This document shows positions 28,825 to 32,000 of a stretch of DNA of 32,000 bases, piece after piece. Position 1 is the first letter of the stretch. Every line of letters begins with the position of its first letter. This stretch comes from Promethearchaeum syntrophicum (lineage in GTDB: Archaea; Asgardarchaeota; Lokiarchaeia; Sigyniarchaeales; Promethearchaeaceae): assembly GCF_008000775.2 (NCBI RefSeq), contig NZ_CP042905.2:1410001-1442000 (forward strand), read 5' to 3'. Below the pieces are notes generated by a model. It worked only from the letters and a program-made list of their open reading frames with translations, did not search any database and was not told the DNA's origin. The translations under genes and the position numbers were made by a program.

Positions 28825-30855
28825 TTATTGATTCTTTAATCTAACTTGGTTGAATTCTTCAAGATCTTTCTTAACAAGCAAACGAGTCATTTTGGTTAGA
28901 ATTATTAATCCTAATATTGACGCGATTGAATAATTTACAACAAAAAATGCTAAGTTTTGAAGAAAAGTTTTGTAAACTTCAATTGATATTTGATAATATA
29001 AATCATAATATGCATCTGTAAAAAATATTTGATATTCTGAAATTTTCTCAATATCTGTAATTAATTCTGTTCGGAATGGGGTATTATTTGTCCAAACAGC
29101 CATACCTCTACTTATATTTGTAATTAAATCTCCATCTTCCCAAATAACAAAATAACCCTTAGAATTATCGGCATCAGTAATTGTCCAATTAATAAAAATA
29201 TTCGGGGTGTCATATTTCACTCGAAAACTAATATTAGAAATAATATTCGGTTCTTTTGAGTATCCAATTGCAAAAATAGATGATTGCCTAGTCAAATTTG
29301 AACTTTTATATTCAATAATATAATAGTAGTAACTCGTTTTATTGAAATAATCCTGAAAAGACAAACTAAAATTATTTGACTTCGAATAAAGCAAATTACT
29401 TTCAGAAGTATCGAATAAGGGAACTTTTTCTCTGTATATATTAATTATGCCATTGATTTCTTCCCAATTCCATAATGGTGGGATCCAAGAAAGATTGAAT
29501 GATGAATTATCTGTTGGATTTGATTGAGAATCAATAATTGGAGCAGAAAGACCATTTCTATATAAGTTTACAATCAAAAAATCCTTATAATTATTCCATT
29601 TCATGTTTATAACAATATTTTTTGACTCGAATCCAGCTGAAATAACAGTAATAAAATGCATTCCTTTTTCTATCCATGGGATAGTATGTTGTGTGAATGA
29701 ATTGATTTTAGCTCGATACTTTAATGATTCTGGAAATTTCAAACCTGACCCATTATAAATTTGCAAAAAAATACTCCTTTTAATAATTTCTTCATTATCG
29801 AATCCAAACGTTTTAACTATGATATTTAAAGATCCGGAATTGTTTAATGCTTGAATCATAGGTGGATTCAATGTAATGATTGAAACTTCTTTAATTATAA
29901 TATAATTTGAATAATCAGTGAAATTTGGACAAAAAATCTTAATTCTGTAATTTCCAATTGGCAAATCATTAAAAACGATTGTATTATTATTTGAAAATGC
30001 ATAGGATCGATATGATAAGATTTCATTTGATAATAATGCCAAAGCAGGATAATCATTTTGAAAATGCGTTGATAAATTAATGTTTAAACTCGAAGGATAA
30101 TTTGGTTTTAAAACAATATTTTTGTGAATTTCTAAAATTTGACTTTCATAAAAAAACTTGAATTTCTCACCGATATCTTGAAAATAGTGACTTTGAATAT
30201 TAAATAGATATTTTTCATTGGCTTTTAGATCTTTGATTTGTATGTCCGTTGGAGATGTTGAAAGAAATTTCTTAAATATTGTCCCATTATCTTCAAAATA
30301 AATAGTTACATTAAATTGATCTACATGATCCACAAGAACTTCATTAAAAAGATTTATAATTATTTCACAATTATATGAAAGTTGTTTTTCTAAGAAGATA
30401 TCAATAAATAACGATTCATTTGGATCCACGATATTAAATGTTTTATAATTATCTTGAAATCCTGGTTTACTTAAAGTAATGTTGTAAGTTCCACTATTTA
30501 ATATTGTAAAATTGCCAAAACCATTCCCATCGGAATATTTAGAAGATACATTTTCATTTTCTGCATTAAAAATTTGAATTAAGACACCACCAAGATCAGT
30601 TGATTCATTCAAATCTTTGATAAAAATGAATAAATTATCTCCCACATAAGAAATATTTGAAGGGAACTCAAAATTATCTGAAGATTTTGGTATTGTTCCA
30701 TAGTTGTAATTATCATAATGACTATTTATATCACAACTATATTCATTCAAATTTCCATAATTTAAAGTATTAAGATTCTGAACAAGAATTAGTGTTGATG
30801 ATACAAAAATTAGATAGAATATTAAAATATAATATGAATTTTGGTTATCTAACAT
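28825..30855 (-). CDS. Membrane-anchored surface protein with carboxypeptidase-regulatory/PEGA-like and fibronectin type-III-like domains
   Basis: 676 aa; N-terminal hydrophobic 'YILIFYLIFVSSTLILV'; 'GGVLIQIFNAENENVSSKYSDGNGFGNFTILNSGTYNITLSKPGF' and 'TIVFNDLPIGNYRIKIFCPNFTDY' beta-domains; 'NLSWIPPLWNWEEINGIINIYRE..YYYYIIEY' Fn3-like; C-terminal TM 'NLAFFVVNYSIASILGLIILTKM'; many NxS/T sequons. Confidence 0.65.
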   Translation of the reverse strand: MLDNQNSYYILIFYLIFVSSTLILVQNLNTLNYGNLNEYSCDINSHYDNYNYGTIPKSSDNFEFPSNISYVGDNLFIFIKDLNESTDLGGVLIQIFNAENENVSSKYSDGNGFGNFTILNSGTYNITLSKPGFQDNYKTFNIVDPNESLFIDIFLEKQLSYNCEIIINLFNEVLVDHVDQFNVTIYFEDNGTIFKKFLSTSPTDIQIKDLKANEKYLFNIQSHYFQDIGEKFKFFYESQILEIHKNIVLKPNYPSSLNINLSTHFQNDYPALALLSNEILSYRSYAFSNNNTIVFNDLPIGNYRIKIFCPNFTDYSNYIIIKEVSIITLNPPMIQALNNSGSLNIIVKTFGFDNEEIIKRSIFLQIYNGSGLKFPESLKYRAKINSFTQHTIPWIEKGMHFITVISAGFESKNIVINMKWNNYKDFLIVNLYRNGLSAPIIDSQSNPTDNSSFNLSWIPPLWNWEEINGIINIYREKVPLFDTSESNLLYSKSNNFSLSFQDYFNKTSYYYYIIEYKSSNLTRQSSIFAIGYSKEPNIISNISFRVKYDTPNIFINWTITDADNSKGYFVIWEDGDLITNISRGMAVWTNNTPFRTELITDIEKISEYQIFFTDAYYDLYYQISIEVYKTFLQNLAFFVVNYSIASILGLIILTKMTRLLVKKDLEEFNQVRLKNQ

Positions 30856-31110
30856 CTCTGATAATTACTATTATATTTTTTTATTGAAAAATTTTTTTCA
30901 AGGTAATGAAAATATGGTGTTAAAGAAAAATCTCTAAAATCGGGTATTACCAATAATTCCAATAAAAGCAATTTCAATAATCTGAAATTTCAAAATATTT
31001 TTTCATCCCTCGTTTTTATTACTTCAAAGGTGTCAGTTCTATTCAAAATTTGGTATTTTAAACAGGTTCCAGCAGTATCTCTTTTAAAATCCATGTTATT
31101 TCAAAAGTTT

Positions 31111-32000
31111 TTAATATTGTATCTCAAAAATAGATAAACTATAGTTTAAAGGATTAATCGTTTTAATATTAGAAACATAATAATCTTGAACATATTCATG
31201 ATAAATTTCGATGAAAGATGGGCTATCCTTAATTAATTCATACAAATCTTCATTAAAAACGGATTCAATTACCAAATATTTTACTGATTTTTCGGTAGTA
31301 TATATTTTTTCTGACAAAACCCTTCCATTCTGCCTCAAAACCTTTCTAGAGTAGTTAAGATAATCAATCAAATCATTTAGATAATTATCGAGATAATAAT
31401 ATCTATTAAGTAAAGTATTAAACAAATATTTCGATTCATTAAATCCTACAACATAGCGATCGTACAAAATTGATTGACTAAAGGCATTAAGGGAATTTGA
31501 AATTGGATGAGGAAGAATCAAAATCAAATCATCATGACCTGTGTTTTCTTTCATCCAAATATAAGATTCGATATGTTCATCTTTGACATAAGCATTGAAG
31601 AAAAAGAAAGAGTAATTTGAACTAATATGAACAAATGAATATAATATTATCTGTAATAGTATCGCTCCTTTAATATACTTCAAAATTGTAGTTTGTTTCT
31701 TGTTTTTAAATATTTTTTTTTTTAGAAATGAACTTATTTTTGGAATCCAATATTTCATTGACACTGGTGCAATTATTATTAAAGATACATCAAGAAATAT
31801 GAAATATCGATAAAATATGTATGGGAAAAAGCTGATCAAACTCCAATATGGCAATAACAAGCAAATTGCTAATAATAGAAGTGTGAAAATATAGGTAATT
31901 CCTAAAATATTTGTATTGACTGATAAATTTGTCCTTTTTTTATTTTTTCTATAGGGATATGTTATACCAAAGATAAAGATTAAAGGACCAGATAATTGAG
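31111..32000 (-). CDS. C-terminal part of a large polytopic GT-C-like membrane protein; 5' end beyond the window
   Basis: The tracked ORF (31111..31860) begins at an internal TTG. The frame has no stop codon up to base 32000, giving upstream 'LSGPLIFIFGITYPYRKNKKRTNLSVNTNILGITYIFTLLLLAIC'. Homologous to the 670-aa ORF ('WSLISFFPYIFYRYFIF' vs 'WALISTLPYNYYRYFIY'). Confidence 0.7.
   Translation of the reverse strand, partial: QLSGPLIFIFGITYPYRKNKKRTNLSVNTNILGITYIFTLLLLAICLLLPYWSLISFFPYIFYRYFIFLDVSLIIIAPVSMKYWIPKISSFLKKKIFKNKKQTTILKYIKGAILLQIILYSFVHISSNYSFFFFNAYVKDEHIESYIWMKENTGHDDLILILPHPISNSLNAFSQSILYDRYVVGFNESKYLFNTLLNRYYYLDNYLNDLIDYLNYSRKVLRQNGRVLSEKIYTTEKSVKYLVIESVFNEDLYELIKDSPSFIEIYHEYVQDYYVSNIKTINPLNYSLSIFEIQY

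Noticed and set aside
1-32000. CRISPR array, rRNA or tRNA genes
   Set aside because: No regularly spaced direct repeats with unique spacers, and no conserved rRNA or tRNA T-arm/anticodon patterns seen by eye; tRNAscan-SE and Infernal would settle this.
1-32000. Archaeal TATA-box/BRE promoter candidates (e.g. 'AAATTTATATAC' near 8990, 'TTTAAATATA' near 23690)
   Set aside because: Such AT-rich strings are everywhere in this composition, so none can be supported without transcript start data.
1-32000. Anti-phage defence system or other novel immunity locus
   Set aside because: No nuclease, helicase, TIR, NTPase or toxin-like domains were recognised; almost all interpretable genes fit glycan synthesis/export or surface proteins.

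Overview
This 32 kb window is AT-rich and gene-dense. It reads as a surface-glycan biosynthesis and cell-envelope locus, most likely archaeal and possibly Asgard/Loki-like; the taxonomic part is inference only. The left end carries a pseudaminic-acid-type (nonulosonate) module: PseB-like dehydratase, PseC-like aminotransferase, a GNAT acetyltransferase, an aldo/keto reductase and the 3' end of a class-III aminotransferase. The rest holds two Wzx/MOP-type flippases, several glycosyltransferases (a GT2, a tandem-GT2 fusion, three GT4-type), a non-hydrolysing UDP-GlcNAc 2-epimerase with an unusual C-terminal tail, and two SDR sugar epimerases/dehydratases. It also holds four large polytopic proteins resembling GT-C glycosyltransferases and two large membrane-anchored surface proteins, one with five calcium-binding-type DxDGDG repeats. 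The most interesting points are: (i) the set of divergent GT-C-like polytopic proteins interspersed with surface proteins, (ii) a decayed partial duplicate of a GT4 gene with in-frame stops about 3 kb upstream of the intact copy, (iii) the alpha/alpha-toroid-like plus TSP3-like surface protein between those two copies, and (iv) the double-GT2 fusion. I saw no CRISPR array, rRNA, tRNA or complete mobile element.
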